DNA of 63,461 nt, counting the filler, from Choristocarpus tenellus KU-1152 (Eukaryota > Protista > Phaeophyceae), in the NCBI GenBank assembly GCA_964200185.2. It is 13 parts of 13 records of this genome, joined end to end, with 100 filler letters (N's around TTAATTAATTAA, not from the genome) between each part and the next. Parts side by side here need not be neighbours in the genome. Positions count along the whole stretch, not along the records: positions 49,244 to 55,628 come from CAXNAD020008250.1; positions 55,729 to 60,537 come from CAXNAD020012980.1; positions 60,638 to 63,461 come from CAXNAD020024432.1; 10 more parts are not named here. One strand, 5' to 3'. The translations under genes were made by a program, and so were the position numbers. Numbering within the stretch: the stretch's first letter is position 1; the number at the start of each line of letters is the position of its first letter. This document shows, one piece after another, positions 53,001-63,461 of this stretch. The notes beneath the pieces are model-generated. The model had not been told where the DNA came from. It was given only the letters and a program-made list of their open reading frames with translations, and searched no databases.

Positions 53001-55503
53001 TTGAGGGTTACACCTGCCCAATGGACTTCCCTTGCAATTGATGTACCTTTCAACCAAATGCCGTCCTGGTTTGGCTTTGCAGTGAACTCTCTGACCAACA
53101 CATGTACGCGATCTTCCTCAGTCTCTTCTGTATCGATTGTGTTGTACCAAGAGAGGGATGTTCCAGATGCTACAGGAGCAAGGATAGCTGGCATACTCTT
53201 ATGCTGCTCTTATGCTGTTGTGCCATATTGACTGTTAGCTTGTCAGCACAGTTCATTTTATTCTCAAAATTGTGTGTTGTTATTGCAATAATAGATGACT
53301 AGTTCTTTTTCAATGTAGAGCACGCCTGCACAACCAGAGAATTACATGGAAATTTCCATCCTATCTGATAATATTGACAGGTTGGTACTGCAAGGCCTTA
53401 CTGTCCACATGGCCATCTGGCCATCTCTGCCAACACCAATCCATGGCAATGGAAACCTCTGGCAGTCTTCCAACAACCTCTCTGACCACCACCTAACTCT
53501 CCGTGCCTCCCTTACTCCCTACTCACACCCCCACTCATGACCATGACTGCACCCACTCTGCTGGTTGATCCATTGTTGTCTCTGCTATAGGTGCACTTCT
53601 GTAACCTCCATGGTGTTTGCCACAGGGATGTGAAACTGTCAAACCTTCTTTTCCCGGGCACTGGTGATATTAGTGGCAGTGGCAATGGAAGTGGCAACAA
53701 TGATGGCAACAGTTGGGGTTTCACCTCCCCCAAGAAGTGTCTTTCAGATGTAGTGCTTGCGGATTTTGGAATGGCAGCTAGAGTTGGACCAGATGGACTG
53801 GTCCGAGGAAGGTGTGAGGGGGGATTGTGGCAGAAATTTCTGAAGGGTTTTGTGATGGGGGGGGGGGGGGCGGGGGNNNNNNNNNGGGGGTGGAGTGTGG
53901 GTGGCGTTGTGGTTGGGGTGTGGTGGGGGGGGGGGGGGGGGGGGGCAGGGTACTTGGTATACTCTCCATTAAGGAGTGGTAAGGTATGTTAGCATCAACA
54001 TTCGAGTCGGGGATTTTTTTTTTTAATGGGAAAGCAAATTAATAGAGTGGTTGGTGTGGTCGAGAAGGAGTTTTTGTTCGTGTCACTTCATCCCTTGCCT
54101 GTTCTTTTTTTCCTGTGTTTGAATTTGAATTTGAATTTGAATTTGAATTGGGACACCTTGTGTGTACTTCGGTAGTTGAGAGTACTAGATTGTAGACTGT
54201 CCTTGGCAAATGTGTATATCTGTGCGTTCCAGAGTAAGTGCTGCGACTGGGATGCAAATGGGTCCACCCAAGGCTATGACTGCATGACCCAACGATGGGC
54301 CTTGCCCCTCGCTTCTGAACAAAAAAGGGGAAGGGAAAAGGGTCAAGCCGTTCTACAGGCTCCGGGGGTTGGTCAAGAAGTGCCTTTTGATCGGGTAGCT
54401 CTGTTTGTTTGTTGGTAAACCGAGCGAGAGAAAGCATTGGAGTCTCATACGTATGTCAAAAACAGAACGTTCCGTGCATGGGACGGGCCCCCCGTAGAGT
54501 CTTCACGTTGACTATCTATGATCGGACAAGGGTTTCCTTTTTCCCTGTGGTGTATGTCCTCCTGGTGGCAGTGAACACCCCTCATGATTGTTCCCATTGG
54601 TACAACACCAGACAACGACATAGCATCCCTCCTCTACTCGATCCGTGTTCGCCCCGCAAGGTGTGGAACACCGGGATACGTTGCGCCAGAGATTCTGCAT
54701 GCGAAGGTGAAGGAGGGGTACGGCATCAATGTTGACGCCTTCTCGGTAAGCTACTGTTGAATAAATACTGTGTAGGCTCTGGACAAAGGATGAGGGTTGG
54801 GCAGGAGGTAGGGAGGACGGAGGAGGGGAGGAGGGGAGGTAGGTAGGCTGTATTGCTCTTGTTTTTGTTTGACCCCCCTTGGCTGGCTCTTACAAGGCTC
54901 TAGAGTTCTGTGCAACTTTCCCTTACTCTCTGTGGGCCGGTGGCGTTTTTTGTTCTGTTTACCCTGGTGGGAATTTAAAGTTTGCATCGCTATTGTCAGG
55001 TGTTTACCCTGGTGGGAAGATGTGCTTTTGAATATCTTGTAGAAGTAAGTTCCTTACGAATGAACGGGAGTCTACAAGTCGCAGCCTGCAGTACATCGCG
55101 CTTGAGCTTGTGGCAACCACCCTGACCTCAACTAGTGTTGGGACGTCCCAATCTCTTCCTGTTACACCGGCTGCCAAGCAGCATTACTTGGTATATATTT
55201 CAATCCTTCTGCTTTCCTGCAATATTATGTTCATACTACCGTCATACCGAATGCTCCAGCTTTCCCCATGATCTCCCCCCCCCCCACCCTCTACTTCCCA
55301 TCTAATTCACCTGTTCGTCCTTATTGGTGATCTTAACTGTTGTCTATGTTTGGGAGGTGGGCGTTGTTGCTTACACTGTCCTTTGTGGCTACGAGCCCTT
55401 CTATGGGAGGAATGAGGAAAATCTCATTGCTGCGAACAAGGCCGCTAATTTTGAATTTTACTCCCCAGAGTGGGATGAGGTGCCCAATGATGCGAAGGAT
55501 CTG
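49293..55503 (+). CDS. CaMK-like Ser/Thr protein kinase, 6 exons (partial)
   Basis: Exons 49293-49571 (LGKGRFSTV...CALK), 50269-50610, 52297-52407 (VLEVEIMSGGNVYDWL), 53591-53811 (HRDVKLSN...LADFG), 54661-54745 (CGTPGYVAPE...VDAFS) and 55357-55503 (VGVVAYTVLCGYEPF...EWDEVPNDAKDL); all GT-AG with consistent phases. Confidence 0.95.
51121..51462. repeat. 10-bp minisatellite (RTGTACTART)n, about 34 copies, intronic
   Basis: atgtactaat/gtgtactagt variants in tandem. Confidence 0.97.
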
Positions 55504-55728
55504 GTGAGAGAGGATTGCTTGTATGACTCATAGTGAAATACATTTGGATTGGGGGGGGGGGGGGGGGGGGGGGGGGAAAAAAATAATTTTGTTTTTTTTT
55601 GGGTTTGGGGGGGGGGAAAATTTTTTGGNNNNNNNNNNNNNNNNNNNNNNNNNNNNNNNNNNNNNNNNNNNNTTAATTAATTAANNNNNNNNNNNNNNNN
55701 NNNNNNNNNNNNNNNNNNNNNNNNNNNN

Positions 55729-56085
55729 CCTTTGGTCTGAAGAACCTGTCTGGTTGTTTCCAAGTGTTTAACATTGGCGGTAACAGCAGGAAGAGGTTCT
55801 GAAGTGGGAAAGTACTTCAACGGTGCTTTGGGGGACACCTCTTAGTACATCGCCCGTACTTTGAGTTCCTCACCTACCCTGTGCGTGTAAGCCACACCTT
55901 TTCAATTGACTTATGGTTTGATCAAGGAGATTATCCACAGGCACCAGCTGTTGGACAACTCGCTGATCTCCCACCCAGGAGTCTGTGTTGACAAAAAGTA
56001 TGTATCATTTATGGGGAAGTTTCCTTCCACCCTCCAGGAGAACCCCATCAAATTACAGAGGATCATGTAAATGTATGTTGTTTTG
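55729..56085 (+). mobile_element. piggyBac-like transposase remnant
   Basis: Fragments HRPYFEFLTY, DLW-LIKEII and PGVCVDKKYVSFMGK...QENPIK resemble, in order, piggyBac R.RFE.L, D.LWKIRP.I and SVDE.MV.F.GR...QY.P.K. Confidence 0.55.
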
Positions 56086-56287
56086 TCTCCTTGATCAAAC
56101 CATAAGTCAATTGAAAAGGTGTGGCATACACGCACAGGGTAGGTGAGGAACTCAAAGTACGGGCGATGTACTAAGAGGTGTCCCCCAAAGCACCGTTGAA
56201 GTACTTTCCCACTTCAGAACCTCTTCCTGCTGTTACCGCCAATGTTAAACACTTGGAAACAACCAGACAGGTTCTTCAGACCAAAGG
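55729..56287. repeat. Near-perfect inverted repeat (arms 55729-55930 and 56086-56287, 155-nt spacer)
   Basis: 202-bp arms with one mismatch seen by eye; begins exactly at the contig start. Confidence 0.95.
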
Positions 56288-58609
56288 GGAGTGGGAAGAC
56301 CCACAGGAGGAAGGGAAAGGAGAGAGACAAAGGCACGAGGGAGGACTACCCTCAGAAGGCCAGTTGGGGAAAGAGTGACCAGGGAAAGTGAATGGCGGGG
56401 GATTGTAAGCTCCACTCAACAACCTGATATTGTCGTCATCAGGAGGCAATCCTCATGTAATATGAGAAAACAGACGTTTGAGGTGCACCTTCTACAGGAA
56501 GGACCCTTTAAAGGTATACCTTGGCAGTAAGGTGACTATCGCATGATGCGTGTGATAATAGTAATAGTTGTAGTATGATTGAGGTAAAATGGTTGCAGAG
56601 GTTGTTCTGGACAGGAGGTGTTGTAGACCGAAAACGCCTTGATAAGTCTTGCTTCCTCTGTCGAGCATCAGTTTTGAACGGTTTGTGTGGTGATTTGGTT
56701 GCGGAAAACTAGAGCGTGGGCGGGTGAAGAAGTCTTGGGGTGGGGATATCAGATCATGTAGTGACGGAGAGGCCTGTGGAAGTGAGATTTTGAATTTGAA
56801 ATCTGTCTCGAGAATGAGCGCCCATGAGTAAGAACAATAATGGTGATACTAGTAATAATAACTGTGTTCAATAGATCTGAAAATCTGATACTGTCTTCTT
56901 GTGCCTTTATAGCCTGCCCTGCAAACTGTCTGGATTGGTACTGAGCGGGGGAAGTGACCGGTATTGGCCGGTGTATATTCAATGTGGATGGATGTCGTAG
57001 GGTAATGCCAACGTGGAGCGCATTTCTTTCATAAGTGTGAAATGATGTTTGTGATGGAGTCGGGTGTGAATGCAATAGAAACATAACCTTTTAAAGAAGA
57101 GGCCCACAAACGCCTCTAGCCTTATACCCAACCCTTGGTTAACCCTAACCCTATGTTGCCTTTGCGACCCAAAGGTATTTAGGCTAATCCTCTCAAGATT
57201 ACTATTTTTTTCCATTCTCACATTACTGTCCCTATAAAAGGTATACTACTGTCCCTACAAATGGTATGTTTAGGGTATGAGCTCAGTCTAGCAGTTGGAC
57301 CGTACACCTCTTTCAAATTGTTGGAATGTTGGTGGGTTGAGAGGGCGTGGGGACTGTAATGTGCTGCACCAGGAGGTTTTTCGTAGGATGTCAAGTGGGG
57401 TGATCATTTTTGAGGTTTCTTTATGGTGGCTGTGGTACATGGAAGGCGACTGGGGAAAGGGGCCAGGGAGTTTTGTTGTGGGATGATGTATGTTGTAGGG
57501 TAGAAGCTTAGGTTGCTATGGTGTATTATTCAAGAGTGAGGCTGTCTTGCATTTATTACGATGATATTCTGCCCTCAAAACGTGGGAAGTTTGTTTTGTA
57601 AGGGAGGTGTTTATTTGGCTGTGTTGTGTTGATTCATATTCTGACTATTGATTTGCTATGAAGGAGGAAGTGGCTATTTGGAAGTTTATTTCCTGTCGAT
57701 TGTTGATTCTATCTGACCAGCCTTTTATCGAGTAATTTTTTTTTTGTATTTTTTGTATTTGTGTATATCTCATCAGCCCTTGCTCAAAAATGGTCCAAAC
57801 TGTATAATAGTATATTTTTGTTTTGGCAGTCGTAAGTGGTTGGGGTTAGGGATTGCAGGGAGGATAGACTAGGACGTATAGAGAGTATTCTTATCTACTA
57901 TGAGGAAAGGAAGCACTAGATGGGGATCTTGGGATATAGACTGGAACTCCAGCACGTGTGGTCCGTCCAGTATGTGTAGAGATGTATACATTCCCTCAAA
58001 TCCTCCATGGTTTTCATGAAGGGGACTGTGAATAAGCATGAATGCACTGCTTCAGAAATGTAGTTGTTAGTCTTGCTGATAGTATGTAAATGTTAATGTT
58101 ATATGGTAGAAGATATGATGTAGTATTACATTATACTAGTAGTTAATACTATATTATTATTAATGTTTTTGAATAGTTGGATACTATAAAGTAGTTGATA
58201 TTGTATAATTTTCAATCGATGCTCCGGAGTATCATGTTATGGCTAATTTCGGTATTATTTTTACTATTATTGGTACTTAACTATGGTGGCAGTTGTGAAG
58301 GGCTGGCAGAGGGCGAGGGGGCTAGTAAGTGTAAGGATGAAGGTGTAGGAGTTCCAAGGTTTAAAGCTGGTTTTAAGGTTGGTGTTTGGCACAAGAATTC
58401 TAGAGTGAAGACTTTCATTCTCTGCGGGTTATGTGTGTCCTCCATGTAGAATAATCTCCCTCACATATGCAAGCAACACACCGTATCACAGTGTTGAAAC
58501 TGTTGAAACTGTCAATTAAGAGTATCTAGAGTGCACTCATCGGAATATGTGAAGGTTAGTGATGGCATTACCCTAGAACGTTTGGCCGTGTTCAGTCTTC
58601 CTCTATCTC

Positions 58610-58664
58610 CATATATATGCATACACATAAATACACATATATACACATGTAAAACATATGTAAC

Positions 58665-58695
<31 letters not shown>

Positions 58696-59031
58696 CTATA
58701 TATATGAATATACACATACATAAACACATAATACATAATGCAATATATACGTAAGTATACACATAACCAAACACATTTACATCTATATACACATCTATAT
58801 ACTACATATATAATATGTATACACATACATAAACACATAGTACATACATACAATATATGCGTAAGCATACACATAACTAAACACATTTACATCTATATAC
58901 ACATACATATATATACTATATATATAATATGTATACACATACATCAACACATAGTACATACATACAATATATGCATAAGTATACACACAAATAAGCACAT
59001 TTATACATACATAAACACATATACATATACA
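58610..59031. repeat. AT/AC-rich low-complexity minisatellite
   Basis: Degenerate repeats of acacatacataaacacata...acacatttacatctatatac. Confidence 0.9.
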
Positions 59032-60091
59032 TTGCGCCGGTATCCATGACAAAGTGAGGTCAGACTGCTTTGCTCTGTGGCACCCGTTACCAGGAAATGC
59101 TAAGGAGTCAGTCACCCAACTAGTTCTGTTCTCCGTGTAGTAACGCCTGAGTCCGTTTGCTCTATGATGGCGTCTGCGATGTAGCACGAGCGTTTCGCAC
59201 GCAGTGTCTGTTGTCAGGGTAAAGTTCTATGCCCTTTACTCTGTAGTTTCTGTTTGCCCGCAAGACCATTTTGGGTTCGATTGCTCAGGTAGTGCGGTAT
59301 ATTCCTTCGCATTCTTATTATTGTTATTACTATTATTATTGTTATTACTATTATTATTGTTATTACTATTATTATTATTATTTCATGGATTAGTTTGATG
59401 CAATGGAGTTGAGAAATGGCAAAAAAGAAGATATTTGGTAGAAAAATAAAATAAAAATGCGAGAGCCAGAAAATAAAATGTTTTTACATCTGTTGTAGTT
59501 GATCTCGATAACGCCTCTTTATCACAGGGCAAGAGCTTGAGTCCGTTTGCTCTAATAATAACGCCTGTTGTCTTGGAAACCCTAGGGGGGCGTTTGCTCC
59601 AAAGTTGTGTTGTTCAGGACAGCTCTAGGGGTTATTTGCTCTATGCTGTCTCTTTTTTGGCAAGTGCTTCGGTGGGTTCAGTCCAGAATGAGTGTGCCCG
59701 TATTTGTCTCAAATGTCTGTTGTTCATATGGTGCTTTGTTGTGTATAATGAAGAAAAGTTTACATAGGTTGTGTTATGTTGTGTTATGTTGTGTTACGTT
59801 GTGTTGTGATATACCAGTGTTTTTTTTGTTCAACATGTGTAGGAGCAACCACGATGGTCTAGAGAACTTACAGCTTGTGGTTTTACGTGTTTTATATTGT
59901 GTGTTTACTTATGTATGTAGTAGATACAGATTCAAGAGATACTGTATTCAGTACGTAAAATGAGTAACATGATCCTCCTTAGGGAATGGAACTCTCTCCC
60001 CTCCTAATGGAATAGAAGTGCAACAAAAATATGTAATACTGTTGATTTCGTATTTTGAAAGTAAATATTCTAAAATAAAAAACAATAACAG

Positions 60092-60223
60092 ATGGAAGGG
60101 GACATTGCCGATCCAGAAGGTATGGGCGTCATACCTCGGTCTGTTCATGCCATCTTTGACTACCTGGAGGGCATTAGCGCTGATTACACGGTCAGGACAT
60201 CGTTCCTTGAGTTATACAACGAG
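60092..60223 (+). CDS. Kinesin motor domain exon (kinesin-5/BimC-like)
   Basis: aacag|MEGDIADPEGMGVIPRSVHAIFDYLEGISADYTVRTSFLELYNE|gttagt; classic GIIPR...SFLELYNE segment following the P-loop. Confidence 0.9.
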
Positions 60224-60637
60224 GTTAGTAACTGTAGTTCTTGTTAAGTGTATCTCTCTTTTTTTGTTAAAAAAAAAGAATCTATATTGCACTATCTTTT
60301 TTTTTTATGGCGGTTTCCATTAGGTACATAGGTAGTAGTTTTTAATCTTTCTTTTGTTTGAAAGGCAAGAATCTGTTGATTATCTGTCTCACCCCTTTTC
60401 CTCTCTTCCTCGTACTTCTAATGTGTGATAGTTGAATGTTTTTGTTGGCGACCGGCTGCTGCACTTGCGTATTAAATTTTTTTTTTTTTTTTTTTCCCCT
60501 CCCCTCCCCGTTGCTTTTGTTGTTTTATTGCTCTTTTNNNNNNNNNNNNNNNNNNNNNNNNNNNNNNNNNNNNNNNNNNNNTTAATTAATTAANNNNNNN
60601 NNNNNNNNNNNNNNNNNNNNNNNNNNNNNNNNNNNNN

Positions 60638-60701
60638 AGGGAAGCCAAGCCCCAAATGGACAAACAGGGCAAAACTTGTACCCTCTAAGATACTTTCACT
60701 C
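60638..60701 (+). mobile_element. MITE family A terminus, truncated by contig start
   Basis: aagccccaaatggacaaacagggcaaaacttgtaccctctaagatactttcactc. Confidence 0.9.
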
Positions 60702-60727
60702 GTAACATCTGAAAGGGAACTTATGGT

Positions 60728-60910
60728 GGCTCAAAGTATCTGCTGGAGGGTGGCGGCTGTCCATTTGGGGTCCATCTTTCCATGTCGCGATTCTTGGGTG
60801 ATTTGGATTGCATACATCGGATGGATCACGTACGAGCACTTTTCCTGGTCACGGTCCAAATGGACACCCTGACGTAGACCCCCCTCCCCCCCACACGGAT
60901 ACTTTCAGCC
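60728..60910 (+). mobile_element. MITE family B, 4-bp TSD TGGT
   Basis: ggctcaaagtatc ... gatactttcagcc; tggt at 60724-60727 and 60911-60914. Confidence 0.92.
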
Positions 60911-61119
60911 TGGTTGACACAGGGGAGATATGACCAACTACAAAACTCGCTGGTAGCTTGACCTTTTTTTGAGAGAAATTGACAAATTTTGACTAAACAT
61001 CCTCCATCTTCCTCCCAAAGAGTGAGGGTTAGACTGACCATAATATGTTGCCAGTGGGGATGTATGTCATTCTTTTGCTGGAGGTCTGTCCCAATATGAA
61101 TGATAGGTTCCATCACTGC

Positions 61120-61620
61120 ATCAGTAGCTGTGCCTCAGAACAACTAGGGACAAGGGTTTCCGTGCCAGGGAGAAGGTGTATCCTTTTATGATGTGCACAG
61201 GAGTAGTAAATTCAGATGTGATCGCTGAAATTGAAATATGTAAGGTGATGGGTTTCAGTCTGACAAACATGTCTTGGCGGGGAACAGATGGGAAGTAGTA
61301 TAATTTTGGGGGTTGCTGGAATGCATATATCGCTGCATTTAAACAATTCCTCTTGTCCCAACCTAGCACTGCCTCAAAAGCTGACATGATGCTGCTATCC
61401 AATTAAATTTTATCTACTCCTAAGTTAGGTATGACAACTACTGGGATCGGCATTGATATGTCACCAAGTCATAGTGCAAATTGGATAAAATCATGAACAG
61501 ATAGAGTTGTACAACTTGCTCCTTCTAAATTCAGAGCGTGTACTGGAATCTCCCAAATGGGTGCCTTGCGAAGAGCTGAGTGGGCCTGAATGTATCTTAG
61601 TGAATCACTGGAATATCAGT
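61120..61620 (-). mobile_element. Ty3/gypsy-like aspartic protease region remnant
   Basis: LNLEGASCTTLSVHDFIQFAL*LGDISMPIPVVVIPNLGVDKI*LDSSIMSAFEAVLGW resembles the C-terminal half of a retropepsin; in-frame stops. Confidence 0.55.
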
Positions 61621-62777
61621 GGTAGTATTAGTAGCAATGTTTATTAAAACATAGGCTACTCATTCGTTTCTTGTTGATATGATACACATACTACCAGCTT
61701 GTACTGACTGTTGATTGGTGCACTGCACTGGTTGTTAGTGTTCATATATTTATTGCGCATCCCAACTCATCATCACATCGATGATAGTAGATAGAAGTAT
61801 AGTATCAGTTGATATCCAGTTGATCCACATCACACACAGGAACATCATACCACACGTCATTCAAGTTACTTCGGAACTTGCGTCAAGTGCATTCCACTGT
61901 TACCTTGTGTTTCTTTTTCGATTTGTTGTTGTCTGTCACCTCTGTTCTTTCTTTATATATGCATAAGACCCCAGATGCACGGTAATTGTTGGTTATTATT
62001 TTTTATTGATTGTCATTGTCCCCTCACTGAGCACCTCAAGCTCACTCTGCAATAGTGCCCCTGACGCACATTTGGATGTAATACACCCAGAGTTAAACCC
62101 ATCTACTGAAACCCTTGCCAGCCAAGGTAACAAGCCTCTTCACAGAGCATGGACTTCTTTCACTGAGTATATCATGAAATAACACTGTATTCACATCACA
62201 TCATCCTTAACTGAGAGATCAATTACTTCAGCTGCAACAGAACAAATACATCAGTGCTTTGCTTCGCAACCATATCTACTTATACCACAGACTACGCATC
62301 CTACTCATCGGTGCTTTGCAACACCATGATTCCTCTTCACTCGTAGTCTACGTATTTCGCTTACATACACAATGCATTCGATTCGGGTTTCAACAATATT
62401 CAGTAGAGGTTCATTATCTACATACTTAGGGTTACCCTAACCCTAACCCTAATTGCACCTTTTCATAAGCTGGATGGAAGCGAAGGATCACTCTCGTAAA
62501 CTTTAATTTAATTGCCATAATACTATATTTTTCGTGTTGACCATGGTAGGTAATTTATAATTTTGTTAAATCAATGTAATATACACCCTTCTCCTCTCCA
62601 ATTAAGATGTCCATAATAACCAATAATGATACCGTTAACCTCGCATCAGCACATTATGCTGCAGGCTATAAACCTACTATCTTGAAATGCCTTTATACTT
62701 GCATGTCAGTAACCGAATTTCCATGGGTTTAATTACTTGCACCTGTGTGATATCACATATCAGGGCTAAAATCGAGT

Positions 62778-63037
62778 GAGTCAAAGTATCTTAGAGGGTA
62801 GAGCTGCGTCCATTTGAGGATAAGAAACCAATGTTGTGATTTTGATGTAATTTGGCCATCCATGTTTGTTAGGAAGTGTCAATATTCATATTCTGGACAC
62901 ACCTTTTCATAACGTATGCATTTTACCTACTCCAAAACATTTTGGATTCGAAAAATGTCATTAAAAAATCCCATTGGAAGTCAAGCCCCAAATGGACCAA
63001 CAGGGCAAAACTCGTACCCTCTAAGATACTTTCAATC
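62778..63037 (+). mobile_element. MITE family A, full length 260 bp, TSD AGT
   Basis: aaagtatcttagagggta ... taccctctaagatacttt is a perfect 18-bp inverted core; agt on both flanks. Confidence 0.93.
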
Positions 63038-63386
63038 AGTACAAGATATTCTTGCCCATACTCTTCTTTCCACTGTTACTATATTTCTTGGTAACCTACT
63101 CATTAACTTCTACTGTACATATAAAATATTCATCAGACCATATGTCACGCCTACCCCAGTAAATATTTTTTGACTAATTCTTTCTTGAGATCTGTAGTAC
63201 AGTAAATGATACCCACAAGAACAGTATACGCAATGATGTTGCTATTTGTTTTTTACATTTCTTTACAAAAGAGGTATCTTCACCTAAAATTATGTAGTCA
63301 AAATTGATTTATGATCCCCTACACTTGCTGATGCAATGTAAGTGTTTTTTTTGCACTATATTTTATTATTATGCCCTTTGACATTT

Positions 63387-63461
63387 GGGTCAAAGTATCT
63401 GGGAGCGGGGGGGGAGGTTGTGAGGGGGCGTCCGTTTCGGTCAAACAATTCTTTTTTTTTG
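63387..63461 (+). mobile_element. MITE family C terminus, running off the window
   Basis: gggtcaaagtatctgggagcggggg...ggcgtccgtttcggtcaaacaattctttt; reverse complement of 8436-8509. Confidence 0.85.

Noticed and set aside
58512-59187. Tyr/Ile/Cys/His-rich ORFs
   Set aside because: Translations of an AT/AC-rich low-complexity repeat.

Overview
This window is eukaryotic, not prokaryotic. It consists of 13 short contigs joined by twelve artificial 100-nt linkers (N44-TTAATTAATTAA-N44), so features on different contigs are not physically linked. GT-AG introns, interstitial TTAGGG repeats and a plastid-lineage gene suggest a photosynthetic stramenopile, probably a brown alga (inference). Host gene fragments: a ZNFX1/NFX1-type helicase N-terminus, an At5g03900-like membrane protein (4 exons), a large Gly/Ala-rich orphan protein (2 exons), a CaMK-like kinase (6 exons) and one kinesin-5-like exon. 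Most other sequence is transposon-derived: RTE LINE, Ty1/copia, Ty3/gypsy and piggyBac remnants. The most notable system is a set of at least four MITE families (about 17 full or partial copies) sharing the terminus 5'-GRNY(C/G)AAAGTA with 3-4 bp target-site duplications. It occurs together with an intron-containing Sola-type DDD transposase pseudogene and a possible parent element carrying a second Sola-like transposase exon. Also present: an ORF with a ParB/DGQHR-like 'LNGQHR' motif and three long fold-back (inverted repeat) structures. All family assignments come from motif recognition by eye; no database searches were run.
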